A DNA stretch of 64,000 nt, from the NCBI GenBank assembly GCA_934630705.1, contig CAKTWP010000002.1, positions 100,195 to 164,194 on the forward strand. Direction: 5' to 3'. Both the position numbers and the translations under genes were made by a program. The notes under the pieces are model-generated. The model ran no database searches. It had not been told where the DNA came from and worked only from the letters and a program-made list of their open reading frames with translations. Shown in pieces: positions 26,265 to 34,987 of the stretch. The stretch's first letter is position 1. The number at the start of each line of letters is the position of its first letter. Source of the DNA: an uncultured Clostridia bacterium (lineage in GTDB: Bacteria; Bacillota; Clostridia; Christensenellales; Aristaeellaceae).

Positions 26265-28232
26265 TTAATTCAGATTCGTGCTTTCCAGCAATCGCTGAAC
26301 CGAACTGAAATAGGTTTCCACCTCGTCGTCGGTGAGCTTCATATGTTTTTGCAGCAGGCTCACGATTTTGGTGGGGCGCACCCGGGCGTAATACTTCACC
26401 GCGTCCACGTTCTGCCGCCAATCGCCCATGGTGAAATGGGGCCAGCGCTTGAGATGGCGGGGGAGAAGGGTTTCCAGCGTGGCTTCCCAGGGCGCGAAGG
26501 CGGCTTCCACATCCGGCCACTGGAACGACAGCTCCAGCACCTCCGCGAAGCGCCGCAGGAATTGCGCCTTCATTTCAGGCACATTCAGCAGCGCTGCCAG
26601 GGGCTCATGCCGGAAACCCTGCACCTTGTCGCTCACCTTTTTGATGTAATACTTCATGGGCGACGGATCCAGAGACAGGAACCCGGCCTCTACGTCAAAC
26701 AGCAGGTATTTCCATTTGCCGCCGGGCACCCGATAGAGCCGCACGTTGGTGAAATCGCTGTTGCCGATGATGATTTCAAAGCTGGCGTGGGTGAACAGGC
26801 TGTCCGCGTCCAATCGATCGGTGACGTATTGCAGATTGGCCGGGTCGTTCAGATCATGGGTTTTGCAGAAATCGCACAGGGCAATCCAATCCGCGCCGCT
26901 GCCGTTATTCACAAACTCGTCCCGGCCGGTGCGGGCGATCAGATCGATGTTGTCCACATCCTTTTCCTTTTCCACGCCCTCCCATTGGGCCACGAAATGC
27001 TTGTTGATTTTCTCCCGCAGGTTGTAATGGCCCCAGTATTGGCCGTTGATGTATACCTCGATGGCCAGCGCGTCCTGATAGAGAATGTTCAAGGGCTTGG
27101 CCAGCGAGGAAATCACCACGTCCCGCAGGCGGGTGGAAAAGGCATCGGAATTAGCGCCCCGCAGCAGCAGGGATTTATAGCTGCCGTAATCCCGATTGGG
27201 GAAAGGGTTGAAATAAAACCGATCCGGGCCATAGGCCTTCCGGGCGAATACGGCGATGGATTTCTGGGCGTTCTGCCGGGCGGAATGGCCAGCGGCGGTG
27301 AAGGTGCCCATCTGGTTGAGCTGGCATTCTCCGCCCAGCGCGAAAAATTCGATGTTGGTGGGGTATTCCCATTCCCGCTCATAATTGGGATAATCCGCAT
27401 TGCTGCCCTTCACCAGCGCGCCGGTCTTTTTATTGAACAGGTATTTCTCATCCGTAATCAGCGATACCACCGCCGCCGGCTGGCTTTCCCCAATGAAATA
27501 GCTGGCGGAAACCACGGGGGAGGGCACCTGGTCCTCTCGGAACGCGCCCACCCGCAGCACGCCGGTTTTGGAAAAGGCCAGGCCTTTTTCCGGGAGCTTT
27601 TTGGATTTTTCCGTGGGCGTGGAGCCATCCAGCGTGTAGCGCAGAACAGCGCCTGCCGGGGCGGCAACGGAGACGGTGACTTCCTCCGCATAAAAGCCGC
27701 CGGGGGTGAGGATTTCCGGCGCGTCGGTTCGGGCGGTATAGGCAGCCTTGGGATTCTTTTCTCCCGGCGTGGCCTGGGCAAAGTATCCGTATTCGCTGCC
27801 GCCTGTGGGCAGGCCCCAGGATACATTGCCGTATTGCGCCGGCACGGTCAGGCTGGTCAGGCGTGTGGTCCCGTCCCGATCCGTCAGCAGCAGCTGATCT
27901 CCGGAAGCGGAAATTTTGAAGCTGGCGTAATAAGGCGCCTTGGCGGTGTTATTCAGCTTTTTACCGGTGCAGTACACCAGCAGATAGCCCCCCGCCTTCA
28001 GCTTCGCGCCCTCGGGGAAGGCCCATTTGGCGGGCTTTTCCGGGTTGTCGCTCAGATAACAGCCGCTCAGATCCACGGTCTTGCTGCCGGTATTGTGCAG
28101 CTCCAGCCAGTCGTAGGCTTCGCCGTTTACATACACGCCGTTGGAGGCCATCACCTCGCTGATGACCATCTCCGCACAGGCGGGCGCGGCCGCGGCCAGC
28201 ATCAGCAGCAGCCAGAGCATCAGCTTGCGCAT
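26265..28232 (-). CDS. Secreted CotH-family protein kinase-like protein with N-terminal lamin-tail domain
   Basis: Signal peptide MRKLMLWLLLMLAAAAPACA. Lamin-tail domain motifs ISEVMASN...DWLELHNTGSKTVDLSGCYLSD. The C-terminal ~450 aa are CotH-like. Start set at MRKLM with an RBS gagggggaaaacgc. Confidence 0.65.
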   Translation of the reverse strand: MRKLMLWLLLMLAAAAPACAEMVISEVMASNGVYVNGEAYDWLELHNTGSKTVDLSGCYLSDNPEKPAKWAFPEGAKLKAGGYLLVYCTGKKLNNTAKAPYYASFKISASGDQLLLTDRDGTTRLTSLTVPAQYGNVSWGLPTGGSEYGYFAQATPGEKNPKAAYTARTDAPEILTPGGFYAEEVTVSVAAPAGAVLRYTLDGSTPTEKSKKLPEKGLAFSKTGVLRVGAFREDQVPSPVVSASYFIGESQPAAVVSLITDEKYLFNKKTGALVKGSNADYPNYEREWEYPTNIEFFALGGECQLNQMGTFTAAGHSARQNAQKSIAVFARKAYGPDRFYFNPFPNRDYGSYKSLLLRGANSDAFSTRLRDVVISSLAKPLNILYQDALAIEVYINGQYWGHYNLREKINKHFVAQWEGVEKEKDVDNIDLIARTGRDEFVNNGSGADWIALCDFCKTHDLNDPANLQYVTDRLDADSLFTHASFEIIIGNSDFTNVRLYRVPGGKWKYLLFDVEAGFLSLDPSPMKYYIKKVSDKVQGFRHEPLAALLNVPEMKAQFLRRFAEVLELSFQWPDVEAAFAPWEATLETLLPRHLKRWPHFTMGDWRQNVDAVKYYARVRPTKIVSLLQKHMKLTDDEVETYFSSVQRLLESTNLN

Positions 28233-28266
28233 GCGTTTTCCCCCTCGCTTTCTCTTGCCGGGATTG

Positions 28267-28611
28267 TTACAGATAAAGCGGATTGGTTTTCTTTTTCTTG
28301 TCCGGATCGATAAATTCCACTTCCATCCGGTCAAACCCCACGGATTCCACAAAATGCTCCGGCAAAAAGCGCACCTGGGAGAACTGATCCCAGTCCCGCT
28401 CATGGCGGGGGAGAATCATGGGCCGGGGCACATCCAGATCATGGCAGGCCTCCTGCAGCGCTTCCTGCCAGTCATCCAGACTGCACGCCACGGTAACGTC
28501 CCGGTCGATCCGGGTTTTGTGCATCAGACGCACCCAAATTCCTGCGGCCATTTTCATTCCTCCGTCCTGCTGCATATTGAGAAAGCGCACAGGATTGAGG
28601 ATATTCCCCAT
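28267..28611 (-). CDS. Small hypothetical protein (start uncertain; alternatives at 28575 or 28551)
   Basis: ORF with a coding-like pattern. The N-terminal part of the track ORF overlaps a REP hairpin and was trimmed. Confidence 0.3.
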   Translation of the reverse strand: MGNILNPVRFLNMQQDGGMKMAAGIWVRLMHKTRIDRDVTVACSLDDWQEALQEACHDLDVPRPMILPRHERDWDQFSQVRFLPEHFVESVGFDRMEVEFIDPDKKKKTNPLYL

Positions 28612-28619
28612 GTAAACCC

Positions 28620-28687
28620 TTATGGCTTTCTTGGATGGGGGTGCGGGGGAAACCGTTCTTTGGCCACAAAAGAACGGTTTCCCCCGC
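28620..28687 (+). repeat. Partial composite repeat (3' module: GGCTTTCTTGG + REP hairpin)
   Basis: atggctttcttggatgggggtgcgggggaaaccgttctttggccacaaaagaacggtttcccccgc. The same module is seen at 60310-60378 and 40160-40221. Confidence 0.55.
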
Positions 28688-28708
28688 ATCATCTCCCCAT
28701 GATTCTCG

Positions 28709-29578
28709 TCACTGCCAGGTCTGGCAGAAGATGTTGATGTACCAGTCCTTCTGGTGCTTGGTGTATTGGAAGGTACCCGGGTCCGTGCGCAGGGCCTCGG
28801 GCGTGTCGCTCATGTTTTTCCGGGGTTTAGCGTTGGTATCGTAAATATAGGAATAGCGTTTAATCCGGCTGGATACATTGCCTTCCACCGTGAAAATCTG
28901 ATACGTGCCGTCGCCTCGATCCACCACGTCCGTCACCATGCCGATGTGCGTGTAGGCGTATTGATCCCACTTCCCGTAGATCACCAGATACCCCGGCCGC
29001 GGAACGGCGGAAAGCCGCTCCATCTTCTGAAAACCCGTGTAAATCTTGCCCACGCCCGCTTCCCGCACGGCATAGGGCACGCCACCTTCATGGGGCACAC
29101 AGTCTTCCTTGTCATCCATGGGCACACCCGCCGTGTCCAGACAATAGCTCACAAACCCGCCGCACCAGCCGAAATAGCATTTGGGCCCCGTGCCGCAATA
29201 CCAGGCGGTATACTTGTTGCGCTGGGTAAAGGTCTTGCCCAGATGGTCCTGCCATTCCTGCAGGGCCAGATCAATGGCCGAGCGGATCAGCGGCGGCACG
29301 TCATCCGCCGCGCCCACGGTGATTTCCACCTGAAACTCCGCATCATCGGAAATCAGGCACAAAACCGCGCTGCCTTCGGCCAGCGCCGTGATCGTGCCGC
29401 CCTCGGCGGAAACCACATCCCAGGCGTCGCAGTCCCAGTATCCGTCGAAGGGCAGGGAAAAGACGCGGGTTTCACCAACGGCCAGCGTCAGCTCCGATGG
29501 CAGCGCTTCCGCGTTCAGCGAAAGAGCGGTCAGCGGCAGCAGACAGAGCAAAAGCATCAGCGCCCCCAACCGTTTCAC
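28709..29578 (-). CDS. Secreted CHAP-domain (cysteine, histidine-dependent amidohydrolase/peptidase) protein
   Basis: Signal peptide. Catalytic region WYCGTGPKCYFGWCGGFVSYCL...HIGMV is typical of CHAP. Overlaps the PII gene by 4 nt. Confidence 0.6.
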   Translation of the reverse strand: MKRLGALMLLLCLLPLTALSLNAEALPSELTLAVGETRVFSLPFDGYWDCDAWDVVSAEGGTITALAEGSAVLCLISDDAEFQVEITVGAADDVPPLIRSAIDLALQEWQDHLGKTFTQRNKYTAWYCGTGPKCYFGWCGGFVSYCLDTAGVPMDDKEDCVPHEGGVPYAVREAGVGKIYTGFQKMERLSAVPRPGYLVIYGKWDQYAYTHIGMVTDVVDRGDGTYQIFTVEGNVSSRIKRYSYIYDTNAKPRKNMSDTPEALRTDPGTFQYTKHQKDWYINIFCQTWQ

Positions 29579-30294
29579 TGCTCCTGCGCCTCCACATTTT
29601 CTTCATCCGTCATCCGCACCACGCCAATCACATCTGTTACCGGCAGGCTGAACACAATGCCGTGGCCTTCGCTGGTCATGCCCGCGCCCTTGACAATGGC
29701 CTGCATCACGGGCACCTTGTGGGCGTGGTCCACCAGAATCAGCACCATCTCTTTCTCAGGCTGGATGGTGATGCCAAAGAACTGGCTGGCCTCCACCACC
29801 CCGGCGCCCCGGGCGTGAACCACCGTGCCGCCCCGGGCCCCGGCGGGCAGGGCAGCGTCCATTACCAGATCGGTGTAGCCCCGGTTGACGATGGTGATAA
29901 TCAGATCGTTTTTCGGCTGTTCTGTCATTTGCTTGTCCCCCTCCTCGGCATTTACGGGCGCTGTGTTGCCCATCAGGTATTTCAGGGTGCTGGGGCCGCC
30001 CACGCTGCTGAGCCTTACCGTGAAAGCAATGCCCCGGCCGGGCAGATCAATTTCCAGCGCATGGGACAGCCGGCGCAGCGCCCGGGCGGCCACGCTGCTT
30101 TGCATGAAGCTGACCACCACGTCCTTGGCCGTGTCCCGCAGGCCCAGCAGGCTCAGCAGATCCTTGTGCGCCGTGCCGTTGCCCAGGGCGATATAATGGG
30201 TCATCACCCCTTCCCGGAGCAGAAGCTGGCTTACGCCGTCGCCCTTGCCCCGGTCCACAATGGATACCAGCATATTTAACGAAGCTGTTTGCAT
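29575..30294 (-). CDS. Tandem P-II-like (nitrogen regulatory protein P-II fold) signalling protein
   Basis: 239 aa. Two ~110-aa P-II-like halves (MLVSIVDRGKGDGVSQLL... and LIITIVNRGYTDLVMDAA...). Confidence 0.6.
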   Translation of the reverse strand: MQTASLNMLVSIVDRGKGDGVSQLLLREGVMTHYIALGNGTAHKDLLSLLGLRDTAKDVVVSFMQSSVAARALRRLSHALEIDLPGRGIAFTVRLSSVGGPSTLKYLMGNTAPVNAEEGDKQMTEQPKNDLIITIVNRGYTDLVMDAALPAGARGGTVVHARGAGVVEASQFFGITIQPEKEMVLILVDHAHKVPVMQAIVKGAGMTSEGHGIVFSLPVTDVIGVVRMTDEENVEAQEQ

Positions 30295-30323
30295 AGTTCC
30301 TCCCTTATGCGGCGCGAAGGCCC

Positions 30324-31910
30324 TTACACGTCGATGATTTCTTCTTCCTGGGAAGCGAGCGCATCCGGCGCGCCCGTATCGGCCGGGGCTTTCCGGGTCT
30401 TGAGCTTATAGACCACGCCCAGCACCTGAATGGCAATCAGCGGCGTCATGGCCACCATGGCCACAATGCCGAATGCGTCCTGCAGAATATTCCCGCCTAC
30501 GGCCCCGCAGGCGCCCATGGCCAGGGGCAGCATAAACGCTGCCGTCATGGGGCCGGAGGCCACCCCGCCGGAGTCAAAGGCGATGGCGGTGAAGATGGGA
30601 TCGGTCACGAAGCTCAGCCCCAGGGCAATGGCATACCCCGGCGCGATGAACCACCAGATGGAAATGCCGGTGAGCACCCGCGTCATGGCCAGGCCCACGG
30701 AAATGGACACGCCGATGGCCAGGGTCTTCATCATCACGGTCTTGCTGATGGCGCCGGAGGTGACCTGCTCCACCTGGGAATTGAGCACGTGCACCGCAGG
30801 CTCCGCCGCCACCACCAGATAGCCCATCACCAGCCCCAGCGGGATCAGCAGCCATTTGTAATCCGATCCAGCCAGGTGCTGGCCCAGATATTCGCCCATG
30901 GGCAGGAAGCCGATATTGACCCCCGCCAGAAAAATGACCAGCCCCACATACGTGTGCACCAGCCCCACGCCCATGCGCTGGATTTCCGCGCTGGGCAGAT
31001 GCAGCGCAAAAATCTGAAACAGCCCAAACAGCACAATAATGGGCAGCAGCGCCACGGCCACTTCCCTGATATAAAGGGGAATGCCCTGGGCGTAGGCGGC
31101 CCGGAGCTCATGGGTATCCGCCACCACGGCCACCGTGCTTTCAGAGGGCACATTGGTCAGATGGGGGAAAAACAGGCTGATGATCATAATTGCCAGAATG
31201 GGCCCCACCGAGCACAGCGCCACCAGGCCGAAGGAATCGTCCTGGGCGTTTTTGCCTCCGTGCACGTTGGCCACGCCCATGCCCAGCGCCAGAATGAAGG
31301 GTACGGTCATAGGCCCGGTGGTCACGCCGCCAGAATCAAAGGCCATGGGCAGAAATTCGGGCTTGATCAGCGCCCCCAGCAGGAACACCAGCCCATAGAG
31401 CGCCAGCAGAATATAGGACAGCTTCAGGCGGAACAGAATGCGCAGCAGCGCCACCACCAGAAACAGCCCCACGCCCACGGCCACCGCCAGAATCAGCGTC
31501 ATATTGGGCACGCCCTGCACCTGATTGGCCAGCACGCTCAGATCCGGCTCGGCCATGGTGATCAGCACGCCCAGGATGAACGCCACCGCGGACATGAAAA
31601 GAATCTTGCGCTTTCGGGTCAGATAGGCCCCCAGATGGGTGCCCATGGGCAGCATGGCCATGTCCGCCCCCAGGGTGAACAGGCCCATGCCCACAACCAG
31701 CATCAGCGCGCCTACCACAAACAGGCTCATGGTGCTCAGATCCACAGGCACCAGCGTGGCGCTGAGCAGTAGCACCAGCAGGCTGATGGGCAGCACCGAA
31801 GCGATGGACTCATGAATTTTCTCTTTCAGTTTCTTGAAGGTTGTTCGTTGCTGGGGCAGCAGGGTTTCGTAGGTTTGCCGCAGCTTCTCTTTGGGTTTCT
31901 TCCGGTTCAA
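30324..31910 (-). CDS. DUF1538-family integral membrane protein (internally duplicated)
   Basis: ~12 TM in two homologous halves. A TTG start at 31910 with a strong RBS agaaaggaga is preferred. The track ORF extends to 31985 and overlaps the upstream gene. Confidence 0.55.
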   Translation of the reverse strand: MNRKKPKEKLRQTYETLLPQQRTTFKKLKEKIHESIASVLPISLLVLLLSATLVPVDLSTMSLFVVGALMLVVGMGLFTLGADMAMLPMGTHLGAYLTRKRKILFMSAVAFILGVLITMAEPDLSVLANQVQGVPNMTLILAVAVGVGLFLVVALLRILFRLKLSYILLALYGLVFLLGALIKPEFLPMAFDSGGVTTGPMTVPFILALGMGVANVHGGKNAQDDSFGLVALCSVGPILAIMIISLFFPHLTNVPSESTVAVVADTHELRAAYAQGIPLYIREVAVALLPIIVLFGLFQIFALHLPSAEIQRMGVGLVHTYVGLVIFLAGVNIGFLPMGEYLGQHLAGSDYKWLLIPLGLVMGYLVVAAEPAVHVLNSQVEQVTSGAISKTVMMKTLAIGVSISVGLAMTRVLTGISIWWFIAPGYAIALGLSFVTDPIFTAIAFDSGGVASGPMTAAFMLPLAMGACGAVGGNILQDAFGIVAMVAMTPLIAIQVLGVVYKLKTRKAPADTGAPDALASQEEEIIDV

Positions 31911-32985
31911 TAGGCAAATCTCCTTTCTCTGGTTGCTCCAAGGGGCTGCGCTTGCGCCGGCGAATGCTGTCCGCGCTGTCGCCAATTACGCAGCCAAGCC
32001 CTACGATCAGGGTGAGATAATAGGTGAAAAACCGCCATAGCAGCAGCGCCCCCAGCAGCTTGCTTTCGGGAAACATGTCCTGGAAGAACAGATAAAATCC
32101 GCCTTCCTGGGCCCCGGAAGCGCCGGGCAGGGGGGTGAAGGATGCTGCAATCTGCAGCAGCGTCTGCAAGGCGAGAATTTCCGAATATGTGGCGGCGCTT
32201 TGCCCCATGGCCCGATACACGCAGTAAGCGATGCTCATCTGGCCCAGCACCTGCACAACCGAGATGCCCAGCAGCACCAGCAGCCGCACGGGATGATGGG
32301 TGAGCATATCCACGCTGGCATGGAAATCCACCAGCGCCGCGTCCGCCCGGGAAGCCGTTTTGGCCACGTCCTTCACCAGATGCAGCGCCTTGCCTGCCCG
32401 GATCAGCAGCGTGATGATCCCCCGCACGATGTTTTTGTTGATGGCCAGCAGGAGGACTAACGCCACCGTGACGCCGTTGAGCACGAAGCCCGTGGCCACC
32501 AGCACCCGTCCCCGCTTGATGCATTCCGCCACCAGCCCGGGATGCACAAGCCACATCACGCCGCCCAGGGCCAGCAGCGCCGTCTGATAACAGAAAAATT
32601 TTACGGCCAGGCCCGAGGAGGAAAGCCCTGTGGGCACTCCGCGCTTTTTGAAGGAAAATACCTGCATGGGCTGGCCGCCCGTGGCCGCGGGGGTGACGCT
32701 GGAATAAAACATGCCGATCATGGATACCAGCAGCGAGGTGCGGAAGGGCACCTTCAGCTTTTGCTGGCGGAAAAAAACATGCAGCCCCATGGCTTCAAAA
32801 ACCATAAACATGCTCCAAGTGCCCGCCGCGGCCAGCAGCCATGGGGTCCGGGCGGAACGCAGCGCCCGGTAAGCGTCCCCGATATCGCCGTTCTTGGCGC
32901 CCAGATAAATCACCAGCACGATGGTGAACAGAATCACCAGCGCGTTGAGCAGATTGCTCCGGGCTCGTTTGGTGAGCTTTTTCAA
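31810..32985 (-). CDS. UPF0104-family membrane protein (lysylphosphatidylglycerol-synthase-TM-region / flippase-like)
   Basis: 391 aa, ~8 TM. Its 3' end overlaps the DUF1538 gene start by ~100 nt. Confidence 0.55.
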   Translation of the reverse strand: MKKLTKRARSNLLNALVILFTIVLVIYLGAKNGDIGDAYRALRSARTPWLLAAAGTWSMFMVFEAMGLHVFFRQQKLKVPFRTSLLVSMIGMFYSSVTPAATGGQPMQVFSFKKRGVPTGLSSSGLAVKFFCYQTALLALGGVMWLVHPGLVAECIKRGRVLVATGFVLNGVTVALVLLLAINKNIVRGIITLLIRAGKALHLVKDVAKTASRADAALVDFHASVDMLTHHPVRLLVLLGISVVQVLGQMSIAYCVYRAMGQSAATYSEILALQTLLQIAASFTPLPGASGAQEGGFYLFFQDMFPESKLLGALLLWRFFTYYLTLIVGLGCVIGDSADSIRRRKRSPLEQPEKGDLPIEPEETQREAAANLRNPAAPATNNLQETERENS

Positions 32986-33137
32986 GGCCGTCCATCCTTC
33001 AACTTCGTTTACGGATAAGTCCGCAAGCTTAGTATATCATACTTTATGCTTGCGTGCATCAATAATTTTCCGCCATAAAAGCGGCAGAACTGCGCCTGCA
33101 AGAAAAAACACCGAGACGCTCTGGCTTTTTCGCGCAT

Positions 33138-33163
33138 GCAAAAAGCCCGGCATTTTGCCGGGC
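33138..33163 (-). terminator. Intrinsic terminator
   Basis: On the - strand, gcccggcaaaatgccgggc followed by ttttt. Confidence 0.5.
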
Positions 33164-33193
33164 CAGCGCATACGCCCCATAGGCGCACGGGAA

Positions 33194-34057
33194 TTATTCC
33201 CCGATCTCCAGTGCTTCCACCTGCGAGAGCATCAGCCCCTGCTGATTCTTCCATTCAGTTCGGCCATTCGTACTTGCCCCGCGAACAATCGACGCGGCTG
33301 TGGAGGGGCTGGAAAACAGATAGTCGCAGGTGAAGCGAAAATCCCCGTCGATCACGCCGGAATCGATCAAACGATTGCGAATTCTTTGTAACGCTATGGA
33401 AAAACTCGGCGTTACGCTTGAAGCGGCCTTTGATCCCCTTAGCACTGTAAATCCGTCCGCAACGCTGATGCCTCGCGCATCGGTTCCTCTGTTGTTGTCC
33501 TTGATTACGTATTCCGTGCTGGCGTGTGCAGGATGACCGTCCCCTGAAACAGCGGTGATTCCTTCAAAAGGCTTATAGCCCAGGGTGCTGACCAGAAGGA
33601 TCGTGTGATCGATGAACTCTGAAAGCATCGCCTGATCGTATTCTGAAACCGAGCTGCAGGTGGGAATCGAGCTATTGGTCACTGTATAACGATGGGCCTG
33701 AATGGCCTTCTGATAGAAATCGTATTCCAAATGCTTCACATGTGCCTTGTTCAGATGGTTGTCCTTGCTGATGACCGCAACGCATTCGTTCCATTCTTCG
33801 TGATCGTTGATATGCTGTTTGAGCCGGTTGAGCATTTTTTCGGCTTCGCCCACATAGACGGTGTCGTTCATCGCCTGATCGCGGCCAAACAGAAAGTATA
33901 CGCCGGTATTCTGACAATCGGAGCGATGCGCAAAGCGAGACAGCGCGTTTCTGGAAATCTTGTAAACGCGGCCATTTCAGTTTGAAAGTTCGCCCATCAT
34001 GAGCCCGTTCGGATTCCCATCAAAAATCAGAAAATTCATCGTCTTATCGTATCGCAT
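33194..34057 (-). pseudogene. GIY-YIG nuclease-family protein with C-terminal DUF4357, interrupted by an in-frame TGA
   Basis: Upstream of the 225-aa ORF, the same frame continues: MRYDKTMNFLIFDGNPNGLMMGELSN-TGA-NGRVYKISRNALSRFAHRSDCQNTGVYFLFGRDQAMNDTVYVGEAE. The TGA is at 33977-33979. The GIY motif (GVYFLF) lies upstream of the stop and the YIG-like motif (VYVGEA) downstream. The C-terminal FSSPSTAASIVRGASTNGRTEWK matches DUF4357. Confidence 0.5.
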
Positions 34058-34188
34058 GTGCTCACCTCTGTAACAAATATACTACACAGGAAGGCTTGTG
34101 TCAACGAGATTGAATCGGGCAAGCACGATGTGTTCTCATGGATTTAGGCAAAGAAAAAAAGAAAGCCGGATTCACCGACTTCCCAGCT

Positions 34189-34276
34189 TGGCGGAGAGTT
34201 AGGGATTCGAACCCTAGGTGAGTTTCCCCACACAGCATTTCGAGTGCTGCACCTTCGACCACTCGGACAACTCTCC
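34189..34276 (-). tRNA. tRNA-Ser (anticodon CGA), CCA encoded
   Basis: rc = GGAGAGTTGTCCGAGTGGTCGAAGGTGCAGCACTCGAAATGCTGTGTGGGGAAACTCACCTAGGGTTCGAATCCCTAACTCTCCGCCA. 7-bp acceptor stem, T-arm TAGGG-TTCGAAT-CCCTA, long variable arm, anticodon loop cTCGAaa. Confidence 0.85.
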
Positions 34277-34661
34277 ATCTGGTTTTCGCGTACCTTCCGC
34301 GCATAAATACAGCCGAAACGGCAAGCCGCCCGGCAGCAGGCACGCACAAAACAACATGAATAGTATAATCGAGATGGGGAAAAAAGTCAAGGCGTAGCCG
34401 ATGACAAAATCAGGAGGGCAGGAAAAAAGAAACAGAGAAACCGTGCTCATCGGCAAAACCAAGGGAAAACGGAAATGGACAACGGGGAAACTGCAACGGA
34501 TTCCAGCCCTTCGTGACGCATAGCAAAAACTAAAAAAGGGGAAACAACGGCGAATGCTGAAACGTGTCAGGCAGCGCAGGTCAAGAAAAGCCTTCCTGCA
34601 GGCGCTCGGTTTATAAAAAAGGCAAAAAGCAAGATGCAGTGAAGGGACTCACGCTTTTTTC

Positions 34662-34956
34662 CTATTGATCGCCGTTGCCGATTGGCAGGGCGATTTTTGG
34701 GGGGAAGCAACGCAGAAAACGCAGCACGTCGCTGCAAGATCAAGCTTAAGGGTTACAAAAATCTGCCCGAAGGCAGAACCGGTTTGTAAGCCCATAAAGA
34801 CAAAGCAGGATGCAATGGAGGGATTTATGTCCTTTTCGTATCGATCGACTTTATCGGCCGGGCAGGCGATTTGGGGGAAGGCAAAGCAGAAAAAACGCTG
34901 CATGTCACTGCAAAATCAGAATTTTGAATTTACAAAAAGGCTGCCCGAAGGCAGCC
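34662..34956 (+). repeat. Two direct copies (~95-115 nt each, 176-nt period) of an intergenic element, each ending in a ctgcccgaaggcag hairpin
   Basis: 34685-34777 ggcagggcgatttttggggggaagcaacgcagaaaacgcagcacgtcgctgcaag...atctgcccgaaggcaga. 34861-34956 ggcaggcgatttgggggaaggcaaagcagaaaaaacgctgcatgtcactgcaaaa...ggctgcccgaaggcagcc. Confidence 0.5.
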
Positions 34957-34961
34957 TTTTT
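34934..34961. terminator. Bidirectional intrinsic terminator (ppdK 3' end)
   Basis: aaaaa-ggctgcccgaaggcagcc-ttttt. Confidence 0.6.
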
Positions 34962-34987
34962 GCGATGCGGCCGAAAACCGCAAAGGA

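Noticed and set aside
31810-31985. Taking the full 553-aa DUF1538 ORF from ATG 31985.
   Set aside because: That would overlap the upstream UPF0104 gene by 175 nt. A TTG at 31910 with a strong agaaaggaga RBS gives a more plausible start, though a ~100-nt overlap remains.
33977-33979. TGA read as Trp or selenocysteine in the GIY-YIG gene.
   Set aside because: Every other gene in the window terminates normally at TGA and there is no SECIS-like element. An inactivating mutation or sequencing error is far more likely.
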